Part shown: positions 38,476 to 52,720 of the stretch, piece by piece
Layout of the letters: every line of letters starts with the position of its first letter
Position numbering within the stretch: the first letter of the stretch is position 1
Assembly: GCA_001938485.1 (NCBI GenBank)
Contig: MQRK01179601.1
Span: 1 to 60,645 of the forward strand
Reading direction: 5' to 3'
DNA: 60,645 nt
Source: Girardia tigrina
Taxonomy: Eukaryota
Notes under the pieces: generated by a model
Told to the model about the DNA's origin: nothing
Seen by the model: the letters and a program-made list of their open reading frames with translations, nothing else
Databases searched by the model: none
Position numbers and translations under genes: made by a program

Positions 38476-38930
38476 CGATAATTAAACCATGATCTCCACC
38501 ACATAAACCAATGGACTTTGAACGAAGATTCCAGTATACAAGAATTTCAAACAATGGTATATCCATTGTATCATTAATACTAGCACTCAAAATAATTTTT
38601 TCTACTGAAACAAATTCTTTTACGTCCTTATGTCTTATCTTTCAGATGATTCAAGAACATTGATTTAACGAACTCTGAGACAGTTGTTTCATTATTATAA
38701 GAATTTTAAGTCTTGAAAGAATTAGAAAACTTTTCATACTGATTAAAATAATTTTCTAACCAAATACGGCAAACATTATCCCTACTACATATCATTAATG
38801 AATTGTTAATTGAATTCAGAGGCACTAAAGAATTGATGTCTCCGTTCAAAACTAATGATGCTTGATAGGTGTTTAATAATAATATATTCGAATAATTCAA
38901 TTGACAGAGATTTGATGGTTCTTATAAATA
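38230..38930 (-). pseudogene. DMXL: DmX-like / Rabconnectin-3alpha (Rav1 family) N-terminal WD40 region, pseudogene fragment
   Basis: Across frameshifts it reads FEYIIIKHLSSIISFERR, LVPLNSINNSLMICSRDNVCRIWLE, ILSASINDTMDIPLF, FKVHW and STLIL-W. These are colinear with the DMXL motifs, recalled from memory, YLAHP..V..FSWR, N.LLT...DNVCRLW.E, AASINPATDIP, FVVHWL and SELILW. Confidence 0.78.
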
Positions 38931-39479
38931 TTCAGACAGAATTTTATCACATTAATTTTTTTCGAAAGCACTATTTATTAAATAATATCAAACAATTCCA
39001 AAATTCACGAGCAAATTAATTTTTATTATTAAAACAACTTTTTTACAATATTAAAACAAACGATATTTTTTAACACTAAGAATTTTCCAAATACAACAAA
39101 AACATTAAATAATTTTTTTTATCGATTTTCAACAAAAATACAAGAAACAATTTGTCGAGTACAGAAATTATTTTTTTTGAAAAAATAATTAATAATATCA
39201 ATACAAAAAATAACAATGACGAATAGTTTTCATCTTCATGTTAAAAATTAACATATTCTTTTCTTAAAACAAGTAACAACAAAACTTTTTTTACAAAAAA
39301 ACTTTCTCAATAATTTAATATATATTTTCTTTTTAATCGATCTGGAACAAAGACAGTAAATTCAGTTTTATAGGTTACTTTATCACTTTTTCTTTATTTT
39401 TAATGTGATCGAGAATCGAGCTATTTTTACTCAATTAGGTGTGTTAAAAATAAAAACAATAAATTCAAAATCTCTATTT

Positions 39480-39730
39480 TCTGAAGGTGTGTGTGATTTG
39501 AAAAAAAGTTTAATTAAGATGGTTCCCTCGGGTTTTAACTTCCGCCGATTTTCAGAACTAATAAACTGTCTAGATATTTTTCAAATAAAACAAAAACTCC
39601 ATTAGGTATCCTAGATAATCTAGTATATCAATTTAAATGTCACAAGTGTGAATTCATATACAGTGGAGGAGCAAATCGTCATCTTCGCACTAGAATAGCA
39701 GAACACAGCCGATTGAATATGAACAAATAA
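39480..39730 (+). mobile_element. Penelope GIY-YIG fragment
   Basis: Reads TPLGILDNLVYQFKCHKCEFIYSGGANRHLRTRIAEHS. Confidence 0.85.
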
Positions 39731-41234
39731 TTTTATATTATTATTTCTCAAATTTTGTTTCTTGAAACTTAAACGTAAAAACAAAAATTACTCAATGTGG
39801 CAATAAACTTGAATTGACCGGTATCTTTCAGTTATGTAGATAAAAATTAAAAGCTACCAAGACAACAACTTTTATAAACTAATCAAGTCTCATTTAATAT
39901 ATTAATTCAAGCGAAATTTATAATGAATGATACTCACATATTGAGATGCCCCCATAATTAGATCAAATTTTCAAAAACGAATTATTGTAATAATTTGTTT
40001 CCCTTTAATTTACTTGGATAACTGTCCTTAAATATCTTTTAATGTTGCTAGTACACTCTTGCTCACTAATGTTTCTATTTATTTACATTATTTAATGGTT
40101 AAAAATTTATTTTGTCTTATTTTGTTAAATTATTTTTAGAATTTATCAATTCTATTAAATAATAAACACAGATTCTTATGCAAAATCTTTTGCTCTTTTT
40201 ACTTCCCTTTTAAAAAAATTTTAAATCAACAACTTCTAAATTCTCTAATCGTACGAAGGATCGACCGGATCCGATTAAGATTTGATCTAGTCTTTTTGCT
40301 TTAATATATTTAAATGATCATGGAACTTGGTTTTGTTTGATATTTTAAAAGGGCTAATTGAAACATATGTTTCTGTGAACTCTTTTAATGACTAATATGG
40401 ATTAATCAAAATATAAGAAATAAATTTTAATATAACGATCTACTTAATAAAATAATGTACCAACAAGCAGATATACATACATGAAGAATGATGGATTTGA
40501 ATATCAACAAGTTCTGCGAGACTTTTTTGGAACGACAAATGATTGTTATTGCCATGGGATTAGTTCGATCAAACTCAAGAGAGATTCTTGGGATAAGATT
40601 TAGTTGTTGAGTTTTGTGGAATTTTTGTTGTTGAGAAACGGTCGATAGCAGTGAGTGAGAATGAAATTCAGTGAATTGAGAACGAAAATTACTGTTGTTG
40701 AATTGTTTTTATCTCAAGATACACTGTTGACAGTTTTATAATTCCATGGTAAACATCCTTTGGAAACCGAGATAAATGAGAAAATTGATAAACCAACACA
40801 AAGATATCCGAATAAAATGTTTCCAAATAGCATTAATTAATTAATATTTATTAATTTATAATTTATATATAATTATATTATAGACATATTTAATTATATA
40901 TATTGTAAATATGTTACTGACCGTAGGTCACTACAATTATTAATTTCGTTATCAATCAAAAACCAAGCATATAATACAATTTTTACGAACGATTTCTTCA
41001 TCATTTAATTGATCTTTATGTCGATTTCAGCTCGATCAGTGAGACTCAATTCAAGTTCCATGAAATGATCATAACAAATGATATTTTTAAAAAAACTATC
41101 TACTATTTTTTTATTTTTAAATCAAGAAAACAATTCACCGAAACACTTATCTTTTTAAATTTCCCTTGCGGCGAAAATTTGTTTCTGGAATTTTCGTATT
41201 AATTTTTTTAAAATTTTTATAAATTAGTATCTTT

Positions 41235-41500
41235 ACCGAAACAATAGAAGAGACAATCAAAAAAAGTAAGCTGAAATTCTACGGACATCTGATAAGAAAA
41301 CAAGCATTATCAAAGGTTATGATTGAAGGAAGAGTGGAACGAGAAAGACCAAAGAGACAAGAGACAGACGACTTAAAAGAATGAAGTGGATTGAACATGG
41401 AATGTCTAAGAAGAGAGGCTATAAATAGAAAGATGTGGCGAAGGTTTGTTTATAATCGGGTGCACCCACAGACTTATGGCTAAGGTCCAACAGAAGAAAA
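41235..41500 (+). mobile_element. RTE-clade LINE 3' fragment
   Basis: Reads KLKFYGHLIRK...IEGRVE...DDLKE*SG...EAINRKMWR, and ends in a short GAA-like tail. Confidence 0.85.
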
Positions 41501-41813
41501 ATATATCTTTTAAAACGCGTCTTAGTTTGAATTTTGATAGTAATTGGATTTATATAAAATTTTCGTAATATTTTAAATTTTGTACGGATGTAACGTGTTT
41601 ATTTGAGTGTGATGAAATTGGAATTATGATGCTTGTGAAGGCCATGGTATTTACAATAACTGATCATTCAATTAGAATTTACATTTTTAAAATTAATGAC
41701 AATTTAATAATTTGATAAATTTTAAATAGTAATAATACATGGTTCTTTCTATAATAAGTTATATTTTTCAAAATATGAGATAAACATGCTAATGTTTTAA
41801 TTAAAGATTTTAG

Positions 41814-42018
41814 CAGGGCTGCGGAGTCGAACTAAAATTGCACGACTCCGACTCCGATTCCGACTCCAAATTTGACTCAGCCTTCAACGCCGACTCTGAC
41901 ACCTTTTTAGGTCAATTTATAATATTTGTTATTAATTTGGTCGGATTCGAGTTTCACGACTCCGACTTCGACACCGACTTCCCCCAAAAAACCTTTAAAC
42001 TCTGACTCCGCATCCCTG
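41814..42018. mobile_element. hAT-derived MITE, same family as 37242
   Basis: CAGGGCTGCGGAGTC...GACTCCGCATCCCTG; TSD GATTTTAG/TATTTTAG (7/8 match). Confidence 0.93.
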
Positions 42019-44369
42019 TATTTTAGAGACTTGAGTAACTTGAAAACTTAGTTTAATTATTTTTTATAATTTTATGAAATATTTTAAAGTAAAAATAATA
42101 ATAAATGTTATTGAAAAAAATAGGACATTTTTTCGAAGAATCATTATTAAAAATTCAGAAACAACACTAAATTGAATGATGACAAATGGTGAAAAAACTT
42201 TGGAGAGTTGTGATGATTCTAAACGTGATCTAATTAAATAATTATATAGTAATTGTAACGGTACTGTTAACAAAAATAAATAATGATTTTCCGTTACTTA
42301 ATTATATATTTCATGTTCATGACAACCTCAGCTTTTTTATAAATTTTCAAATAATTAATAAATTATTTGTATTGAATAATTAAAAATAAGTTTATTTAAG
42401 TATCCAGATCCTTATATTTTTAACGGGAAAAGCTTCCCAGTATTCCTGTTTTTTACACATTTAGAAAGTTTAAAAGTCCACTAGCACAAGTTTATAAACA
42501 GATGTAATATTAAAAACTATATAAAGAAAATATAGTAAATTATTAAAATAAAAAATGAAATAAAGAAAGAAAAAAGGCTATTCCTAAGGTAATAACGATT
42601 TGTCAAAAAAATAAATTTTCTTGAAAACATTTTTTTTGTATAAATATTTTTTCCTAAAAGAAAAAACTTGAAAACGAAATTTATTTAATTTTGTTATATA
42701 TAATTTTCAATATACATCAGAAATATTAAAATGTTATTTTTTTGAGTTTTAGAAATTATTTGCCCCGGGCTTTTTATATTGTCTGTGAGAACAGAGATGA
42801 AGAAAAAAGAACGATAAAAATGAATAATAAATATAAAATTTGAAATTTTACAAATTGATCCAAAATTATTTTTACTGATCGCAAAACAAGAGCAAGGTAT
42901 CCTCAATTGCCACAAAATATAGATTAAAAATTTGTATTTTCCCACTTTGAAAAATTAATTTTAATAGATTATTTTATTACCAAAAACACGTTTTAAATAT
43001 TTTCAAACAAAAATAAAAATAATTAAATTTGTATAAATATTCTTTTTATTCTTTTTACTTAATTTTACGTTAAAAAGAATAATAATTGTTTAATAAAATT
43101 TGTTTCTCATTTAAGAAAGGAAAAAACTGTTTTCTTTTTCTTTTATTGTAGATTTTTTGATAAGATTAAAGATTATGTTTTTAAGAATGTTAAAAATTAG
43201 TTTAAAATATTAATTAAAAATTTTAGAAAAAAAATTAGAATGTTAAAATTGCTGTTTGTTATGTACATATGTCTTAAAAATTTGTTTTAACTTATTTATT
43301 AAACAAATGATTTAAGCAAAATAAAATGATTTTAATAATTACTTAGTCTAATACAAATTAATAAAAGCTGATTTCAATAATTAATAAGTCACATTGTTTA
43401 CTCGCAATTCTGTGAATGAATATTTCAATTTATTATTATTATTATTAATATTATTACCGTTAGGGTTTTGGGTAAACTTACAAAAATTTTTAAATTTTAG
43501 TATTTAAAATCTTTCAAAGGAATTTTTAAAATATTTTTAAAAATTAAAATATTGAAATTTTTTAGGGTTGAAAATATTTTAATTTAAAGTTTAAAATGAT
43601 AATTTTATTATTGAAACATCCTTATAAAAAATGAAAACTAATTGAAATGAAATATTATAAGAATATATAATATAAGAAAACTTTGGTTTAAGATTTGTAT
43701 TAAAATAAAGATTTCACTCACAATGAAAAGTTTAGCTGAAATAAATAAATAAGTAAAAATAATTACTAGTAATATTGTAAAATTAATTTGGGAAATTCCC
43801 ATATTAAAAAAAATAATAAATTAAATATTCGTATTTATATTTCATTATCTTTAAGTATAATTAATAAGTCACTTTGGTTTTTACCAAAGAAAAGTTGTTC
43901 CTCAAAGGTTTGTTTAAAAAACATGTTATAATGTTACATTAATAAAAATTTAATGTTATGACATAAACTTTTAATATCGAATTTAACGATTACTATTATA
44001 TTTTTAGTGTACTATCGCCACTATCAATCCTTGGTTATATTTATATTTATATAATAAAAGTATTTATGTTTAATGTTTATTTATATTTTAAAAAACGCAT
44101 TAATTTATTATTTATTAAGCGAAGAGACACATCGAGATCGGTCGAAGGAGTAGTTCCTCGAGAGATCCATTTGCACATTAATCTTAGGATCTAAAGATCT
44201 GATATGTAGTGCTTCACAGGCAATAATTTTAAAATAATTATTAAAACGAGTACGCATAATTTTAAAATTATTTATGTTTATACTTGTAAGGATAAATAAC
44301 TATATTTATATATATACACTTTTTAAAATAAGAATAAATTTTGACATTTATTTCGACTTATTAATTATT

Positions 44370-44720
44370 GATGGAAAATTCTTACAATACTTACGATCGA
44401 ATTGCAACCATTTCTGTGATCTGCAATATTACTCCAACCACATTATAATCATGTACTTTGATTCTTTTACAGGATGAAGGGACGTCTCTCCAATTTATAT
44501 GGCATTAAAACATGTAAATTGATATACGAGATCCAAACATAATCCAAATTGGGTTGGAGATGTATTACAAAATACATTTTGAATTTTATGTTTGTGATAT
44601 TAGTTGATAATATCGCCCGGAATATGGTCTTGTTTCTTTGTCGTTTCTAGCTGAGATAGTGAATAATTTGTTTCTCTAGATTGCCAAAATACAAGGTTGA
44701 CTGGAAACAAATACAAATTG
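44370..44720 (-). mobile_element. degenerate Penelope GIY-YIG fragment similar to 5158-5934
   Basis: Reads FGLCLDLVYQFTCFNAI*IGETSLH/CKRIKVH. Confidence 0.8.
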
Positions 44721-45569
44721 ACTGGAAACGTGTGCGGTAATCCAACAATAATTAAGTATACGATCTTAGTTCATCATTATATTACATTTTAAAATTTGAA
44801 ATTATGATTCTTTATAGTTATATCGAATAATCTATACTGTCATATACAATTTTAATAATTTCATTATATTAATTTAATAAATATTATTTTATATAATAAT
44901 AAAAATTCATAATAATAATAATAATAAATAGATATTTAATAATATAAATAATAAATACGTGTATTAATTCTTAAATACTTTAATTATATAATAAATATAA
45001 CTGGGGATAGGTAGTGGTGATGGTATACTAGAATATTTAATATTATTTTTCTTATTATTATCAATAATAAGCTTTCATATATTATATTATTTCTAAAAAA
45101 AATCTTTAAAATAAATTTAACCGATTTTATTACTAATTAATATAATTATTGGTATTTTAAAATACAAAATTTGTTAAAATGAAACTGGAAAAAATATTAC
45201 CCTAATTTAAAGATTCCTTTCGACAGACAATTGGCAATTTCAATGAATCTCGAGAAATTAATGAAACTAAATTGGAGATTCTTTCAATGGTTTTCTTGAT
45301 TGATCGAAATTTTTAAAGGAACTTAATTTTTCTTATTATCACTAAAACAAAATAAAACCTTGCCTGATTAAAACAAAAAATCAATTTAAGTAAATATTTT
45401 AAACTATAATATTAGCTGGCTTTCAGGTATATGACTATTACTTTTGTTGTCAACAAATATTAAGTTATTTAAAAAATAAAATCGTTTTTTAACATTAATC
45501 TTAAAAGACAAATATCTCAGCGAAGAATCAACTTTATTAATCGAAATAAAAACCGTTAGCATCAATACA

Positions 45570-46704
45570 CTTTTGCCAACGTTGCACAAGTTTATTTATT
45601 CCGGTATATTTATTTATTTATAAAATTCTGGCTTTCTGGAGGCGATGAAATAGTTGAAGGCAGTTTTAGCGTCCCCTTGATTTTTCCCCCTCCTGAAGGA
45701 AAATGTCAAGATGTTCGAAAAAGTCATAATCAGTAGGCGAGAGGTCAGGTGAGTATGGGGGATGACTCAAAGTTTCGTAGCCAAGTTCGTTCAACAGTTG
45801 CATTGTCAAACATGCGATGTGTGACCGAGCGTTGTCGTGGAGAAGAATAGGCTTCTTCCTATTGACTAATGCTGGTTGTTGTTGTTCAAGTTTCTGGTTC
45901 ATTTTGACAATTTCCTGACAGTATTTCCCTGTCGTAATTGTTTCTTCTGGATTTAGGATGAATCTTTTTTTGGTACAATTTCGGCCTCGGAAAGGGTTGT
46001 TGAGCTTGATCGTAGTCCAACCATTAAGAAGAACGTCTCCGATTGTCGTAGAGAATCAATTTTTCATCACACGTTACAGTTCGGTCCAGAAAAGGATCAT
46101 TCTTGTTCCACAGAAGAAGTGAAGACGATGCCTCAAAACGACGCATTTTTTGATTGTCAATTGATTTGTATGGAATCCATTTATCCAGTTTTTATCGATT
46201 TCCCAATGACACGGAGATGGATTAAAATTGTTTCTATCGTGACACCTAGTTCCTCCGTAAGCTCTCGAACTGTTGTGCGTGGATTCGCTTCTACTAGAAC
46301 CTTCAAATTTTCATATTCAATAGCAGGTTTCTTTCCACGGCCATCATAATCTTTTAGGGTTTCATCTCCTTATTGAAATTTTTTGAACCAACGTTGTAAC
46401 ATAAGTTCTTTTGTGCTTCTATTGCCCAATACACCGTTAATATTACGGGTGGCCTCCGATGCTTTGTGGCCAAGTTTGACTTCATATAAAAAATTGCTCG
46501 TAGTAGCGCTTTTTGCATATTGACAACTATTTAAATAAAAGTTATTTTAAAGTTAATATTTAAACAAAGTATCAAAGAAATATTGAGTTTTTCATAAGCT
46601 TTAAAATTATGTATAAAACATAAATAAATTATAAAGATTTATTTCAAAACATGATCAAAAATCAGGACCATTAAAAAAACGACATTATTTTTTAAACAAC
46701 CTAA
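45570..46704 (-). mobile_element. degenerate mariner
   Basis: TIR AAACAACCTAA-TA at 46704; motifs WIPY, VTCDEK, LLHDNARSH and HPPYSPDLSPTDY; stops and an internal deletion. Confidence 0.93.
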
Positions 46705-48024
46705 TAATAAAAAAATGTATAATTAAATGTTTTTGATTTAATCAATTTTTTATTTAATTTATGTTTTCGTTTCAATAATCATAATCATATCATATTAATA
46801 ATCATAATCAGATAAGTTCAACTCCCTTTAAAATTCGACTTAATTTTTTATTTCTGATGTTTTTTTTTAATTTTACAAATTTTTAATAGGATAAAAATTG
46901 TTATCAAATATTTTTTGATAATTATATGTTATTATCGGTATTAAATAACGACAAGTAAGATGTTAAAAATATTAGAAAATATTAATTAAAAATATTAATT
47001 AAAAATATTAATATAATAATATTTGTAATAATTATTTTTTATAATATATTTTTTTACTGTTTACACATCTTTAAAATTGTGTAGAATGACATAATTAATA
47101 GGTTTAATAAAATTGGAAAATAAATATTTATCTTTATGAACTTACCTAATATAGCTCAACGCTTTGCACCATTTAAAAAACCATTATATATCTGGGACCA
47201 CCTTTAATCTCCTTAATAGAAAGAGAAATTTTACTGAATATAATTTAAATTATTGAGTTGCTGGCGGTTGGGAAAAGTTGGAGCAACCAGAACCTCTTGA
47301 CTGTGCCGGGACTCACCACTTGGAGAAGTTGTCCAAACGTTTTGTTGGCGCTCACGCACCGGTTCAACCCAGTGGTGACCGGTCGGAGTACGCACGGATA
47401 TCATTTTTCTGACTGGTTGCCTCACGTGTGGCAATAATCCCCGTCAACTCATTGGTTTGCGACTCAATGATCCATTCGATACGTCCGACTGAGTTGCTCG
47501 TGCGACTTTTCCCAAAGTGAGACAACAGCGGATTCGATCTAATTGAATTCATGGGTGGTGAAATAATTTGATTCAGCGAACGTCACAATAGTTTTATTTA
47601 CATCAATTGTGATGAGCAGAACATAAAGACAACGCACTAATTAACATTTATTTCCATTAAACACATTTTGGTATTTCAAATTTTTGTCAATAACATTTTT
47701 AGTTGTTCTTTGTTTTTTTAATTAATTTTTTTTCGGTCGCTTGAACGAATAACTACAATTGTAAGATAAATTAATATTAAAATATTATCCAAATTATCAC
47801 TGAAGAGTGATGGGTGAAGTTTCAATTTTGAAAAGAATAAACGGAACGTATCCAGGAAGAAAATTGATGGTATAAATTCTGTAACTATATTAAATACAAA
47901 AATATCAACAAAAATATATTTTGAAAGAGTAACATAATTTCCATTCAATCTAAAATTATATCAAAAATTTTGAATTGATTGAAACTTTTTTACTTTTAAA
48001 GTCTTGATTACAAATCTTTTTATA

Positions 48025-49018
48025 TTAGGTTGATCCAAAAGTTCTTAACTTTTTTTAAGCAAATTTATTGAAAAATTTTAGAAAAAGTACAAAAGGCTAA
48101 TCCGCTAAGTAGTCTCCGTGACTATCTATTACCTTTTACCAGTTGAACGGCAACTTTTGGATGCCATCCTTGTAAAACTTTTCTGGGTTTGATGATATGA
48201 AGTTATTAATGGGATTTCTTCTTTGTTTTTGGAGCTCTGTGCACCAAAAGTGTGCTACAGATATTTAAAAAGATGAATCTAATGAATCTAGATTTGGAGA
48301 ATAGGCTAGAGAAAGAAAAACCTCCCATTTATGACTTAAATTGTATTTTTCATAGATGCAAGCTTTGTCTAAGAGAAGAATGATCCTCCTGGCACTATGA
48401 CTAATTTGAGGCCGCAATTCTTTGATTTTATCGCTCAGTTTGAAAAAATGTTTGCTGTAGTTTCAGGCAGTAATTGTTTGTTTAGGTTTCAGCAACATAT
48501 AGAAAAGCACTTCTTTTTCATCCAACGATATTCAAAATAACATCTTCTTTCCATGAATAATCGGTCTGAGGGTGGAAGTTGTTGTTTGGCCAAGGTTCAA
48601 TCATGATCTTTTGCACTCTGGTTTCTTATAATACACCAAATTTTGTCACCAGAAACAAGTTGCCAAATAAACAATTTTCGCTTGTGACGTGCAGAAAGGG
48701 AAATGCATAAACTCATTTTTTGATCAATATTTGCAAGAGATTACTGGTGTTGCAACCATCTTTCAACCTTCAAGATTTTACCCATGATTTACAATCTCTT
48801 TAGAACAGTGGAATGGTTCACTCCGAGTACTTAATGTTGTCTTAAGAAATAATATGGCAAAGGTTGTTTGAATTTTGACAAGCTAAGATCTATTATCAAT
48901 TTAAAATACATTTAACAGTTTGTTAATTTATGATCATTACTTTTCTCTAATTTAATTTATACTAATTCATAATTTGTGAAGTTTATAAAAATATTTTCAA
49001 ACTTTTTAGTTACCCTAT
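48025..49018 (-). mobile_element. old degenerate mariner
   Basis: TA-TTAGGTTGATCCAAAAGT terminus and a decayed opposite end; relic motifs VSGDK and FYKDGIQKLPFNW*KVIDSHGDY. Confidence 0.8.
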
Positions 49019-51149
49019 CTATATAATCTCGTAGTTTGGTCATTTGTTCAATACTTTTCTATAATAAGTGGGATGGGTAAAATGTAGAATTTGAATAGTA
49101 AAAAAATTCTTTTTTAAGAGCGCCTTACACTCTCCCGTCGTTGTAGCTGTTTCCTGTTATCATAGTTCAATAATTTTTATTGTTAAAATCGTAAAAATAT
49201 TGGCATTCAAATTTTGACACCAAATTTACGTCTCATTGACGAAAACCGTAACTTATTATTGACCTGATCATTTTTTTATATTACAAAAGGTCTTTAAACC
49301 CTTGTTTCATTTTTATTAGATAAGTTTATAAACTTGGTGTTTTATAAACTGAGTAAACAATCTTCTTAGACGTAACAACTGATAGGAGAAAAATCTTTTA
49401 TATTAATTTTTTTTTCTCTGTTCATTCTCGATCACAGGTCTCAAAAGTAAACGTCTTAGGTCAAAATGGCTCAAGTAATTCGTTGCCCTCTTGTAATTCA
49501 TTGATTTACCTTTATATAGTTTTTATCGAGTGTATAAGAACCAATAATTCCTTAAATTTCTAGTCTTTTTGACATTTTTACATTAATTATAAGCAGTAAG
49601 ATTTAGGTCATTAGGACATATAAAACTCAGTTAGAAAGCCTAGGCTTTCTAATTGATCAAGCATTATATTCGAGGAAATTTTCTTATTTTACAGATAATA
49701 TTTTTTTGTGTATCACAAATACAACGCCTCTGTGTATTTTCGAGGTAAGACTGTAGTTATTTTTTATAAATATTTCAACTATAACATTTATAACATGTAG
49801 GAAATTTTATCAAAAAAGGGAATAATTAACAAAATAATAATGTAAACATATTTATTTTTGTTTGCGAATCTTTATTATTAAATTGGCCCACAAGTTTTAC
49901 ATATTTCAAGTTGTTAATTGCAAAACGTTATAAATCCCATAATATTTATTCAATTTAATCGAAATAAGCCCCATCAGAATCTGAACATCTTTATTTGTAT
50001 GTTTCAAATCGATAAAAATTGATAAAAACAAAATTTTATGACCGCCATTTAATTATTGCTCTAAATTGAAAGGTTTGTTTGAAGTTATATAAAAATAAAA
50101 AGGATTTATTCTTTATTATGTGTTCAAAGAATGGAGATAGATACATTCAGTAACGGTCACCATTGTATGAATACAAGACATGATGATTGTTTTATTACTA
50201 TTAAACTATTTACAGTCCTTTTAAATATTTAGTAAAAATAGTAATCGAAAATGTAAGGGAGTGTCGATTCCTTGCAAGTACGATATTGATCCCCAATAAA
50301 AGATAATTGATACACTTGTTCTTTGATATACTAGATCACCAAGGTAAACAATAATTTATTTATAGTTGAAAATTAAATAAAAATAATATAAAATATATCA
50401 TTTTTTATTTTGAAAATATTCATTTCACGATTTACACCCATTTTCCTATTTTAATAGCGACATTATTTATTATATTTATTCATTATGAACATAATTTCTC
50501 GGATTTTGAGTAATTTTCTGAAGTGTTTTTACAAACTGAATTTATACTTTTTGCTATTTAGAATAGTTAAGAAGGACTCTTCTTTGACTTAATTAAAAAT
50601 GCCAAACAATGCGTGTGATTTGAGATTATAATCTGCCTTTACCTTTTTAATGTTATCACTGCAAAATGTGATTTTTTTTAGATATTAATCTCAATTTATG
50701 ATAAATATTTTCTTTAAATAAATTGGATTTAGTGTTAATTTAAAAAAAAATAATATTTTATTAAAATATTATTGTAAGTTTTTAGTCCCATATGATAAAG
50801 GGACCTTAAAAACGAATCTTTTCCATCTGTTTCTTTATTTGTTTAACTTATTACAAATTAAATTTTAATAAATAATTTGTTGTGCTGATAATATTTCTAA
50901 AATTCATTATAATATGATGTTAGATAAAAGGTAATCTTCATTTATTCATTAATTTATCGTGAACACCAAAGCATTTATAATTTTAAATTTTAAAATAAAT
51001 TTTAAATATAAATTTTAAATAATTTTATTGATTTTATTTTTTTGAATTTTTAAATAATTAAAATCAAATTCATGTTTTAAATGATAATAAAAATTAATTT
51101 TATTTTAGCCAATTAGATTTAAATTAAATATTTAAATAAAATTATTTTT

Positions 51150-51960
51150 TACAAGTTAGTTCAGATTGGAATGAGGAGTATTAAACATTGAGTAATGGAT
51201 TTAAGTGAAAGCAATACTGTTGATCCTCTTAAAGATAATAAGAAATGTGAATGTAATAAATTTTCTGTCAAATGTGTGAGTACTCTTAACATGAAGACTT
51301 CACACCACATGACTCCGAACATCAAAGGTCCAGAAACATTTGATGGATCCGAGCACAAATCAGAAGAATTCCTGATAGGTTTTAACAGGTATTCAAAGAA
51401 TTTGAGATCATCAGAAGAGAGGAAAATCATACTGGTAACACCCTACTTGACTCCAAATGCGATTTTGAGATACGAGAAGGCCCCAGGGAGTACTTGCGAA
51501 GAGAAAATGACATTGGCATTTTCAAAAGAAAAATCTATTTTCGATTTGATGAAAGATAGAGTTAAAAGTAGGTTGCGGTGACCCGTCAATTGCCTTCCAC
51601 AAACCAAATGCGATAATCGAAAAATTAGTGGAGAAAAAAATTGTTAAGAAAGAAATATCAAACTTTGTCTATGCTTATATGATTGAGGATGATAACGCCG
51701 ATCAAGAGATAGCGATTCGAGGTGTAACAAAGGCACAAGAGATCGAAAACATACAAATGAGGATGTATGAATACGGGAAAAAGAAAAGAAATTCACCGAT
51801 AGCAGCATATAACACAAGGAAAGAAAACTATTGGAAAACTGTGGAGAATAAAAGAAGAACACCAAACCAAGGAATGAAGTAGTAAAGAGAGAAGGTGCCA
51901 GTCGAAAGTTCAGTCGATAAAAGTTCAAGACTGAAAAATTCTGACAAGAATGATTGAGAA
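51150..51960 (+). mobile_element. Gypsy gag fragment
   Basis: Gag N-terminal motif PETFDGS...EEFL..FNRY...PYL..NA..RYE in ORF 51195..51581, continued after a frameshift in 51628..51882. A decayed PBS-like sequence lies at ~51155-51172. Confidence 0.7.
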
Positions 51961-52116
51961 AGAAAAAATAGCAAAAATCAATTAATGAAAGAACTTTCGA
52001 TAAATAAAGTTGCTCATCAAAAAGTAAATTGATCCTGACCTCATTTTCCCAGGATTTTGATGACTATTGCTTTCAATTACATAATGACGTTCCTAATATT
52101 TCTGAAAACTTTAATG

Positions 52117-52720
52117 ATTATTTTATGCTGAATTCACGAACTCGACAATTTTTTTAAAATTTTTTTAATTCAATTATGAAATTGATATTAATATTTAATA
52201 TGAAAAAAATATGCATTTAATATGAAAGATTATCTATTTAATAGGAAAAAATTTCAATTCAATATGAAAAAATATCGATTTAAGAAGAAAACTATGTATT
52301 TAATACGAAAAAATATCAATTTAAAATGAAAAATATCATTTTACTATGATAAAATACTTTTAAAATACAAGCGTTTGCAATTCAGCTTGCCACCAAGGAA
52401 GACGTTTTATTAACTATGAATAAAAATTTTACAGTTGGAGTCTATTTCGCATAATAAATTAAGATATTTTTCCTATTTAATTTAATTTTTCATATTAAAT
52501 CGATAATTTTTCATATTAAATACATAATCTTTCATTTTAAATTGAGAAATTTTCATTTTAAATTAAAATTTTTCAGATAGTAAGTGAATTTGGCAAAAAA
52601 TGACTAGTACATGAATTGGGAATTACCCTATTTAAGCAAACTGTTGCCGAATTCACGAACTCAGCAAAAAAGTTTAAAAATTCGTGCATTCGGCAATTAC
52701 GCAAATTCAGCATAACAATG
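52117..52720. mobile_element. foldback/MITE with inverted arrays of ~21-bp AT-rich repeats
   Basis: TATGCTGAATT / AATTCAGCATA ends; ATTTAATATGAAAAA-type units at 52190-52350 are mirrored at 52470-52580. Confidence 0.6.

Noticed and set aside
40480-41090. Protein-like frames (e.g. YERFLHHLIDLYVDF)
   Set aside because: No consistent splice sites or recognisable domain.
43455-43480. TTAGGG-like telomeric sequence
   Set aside because: Only a single unit, not an array.
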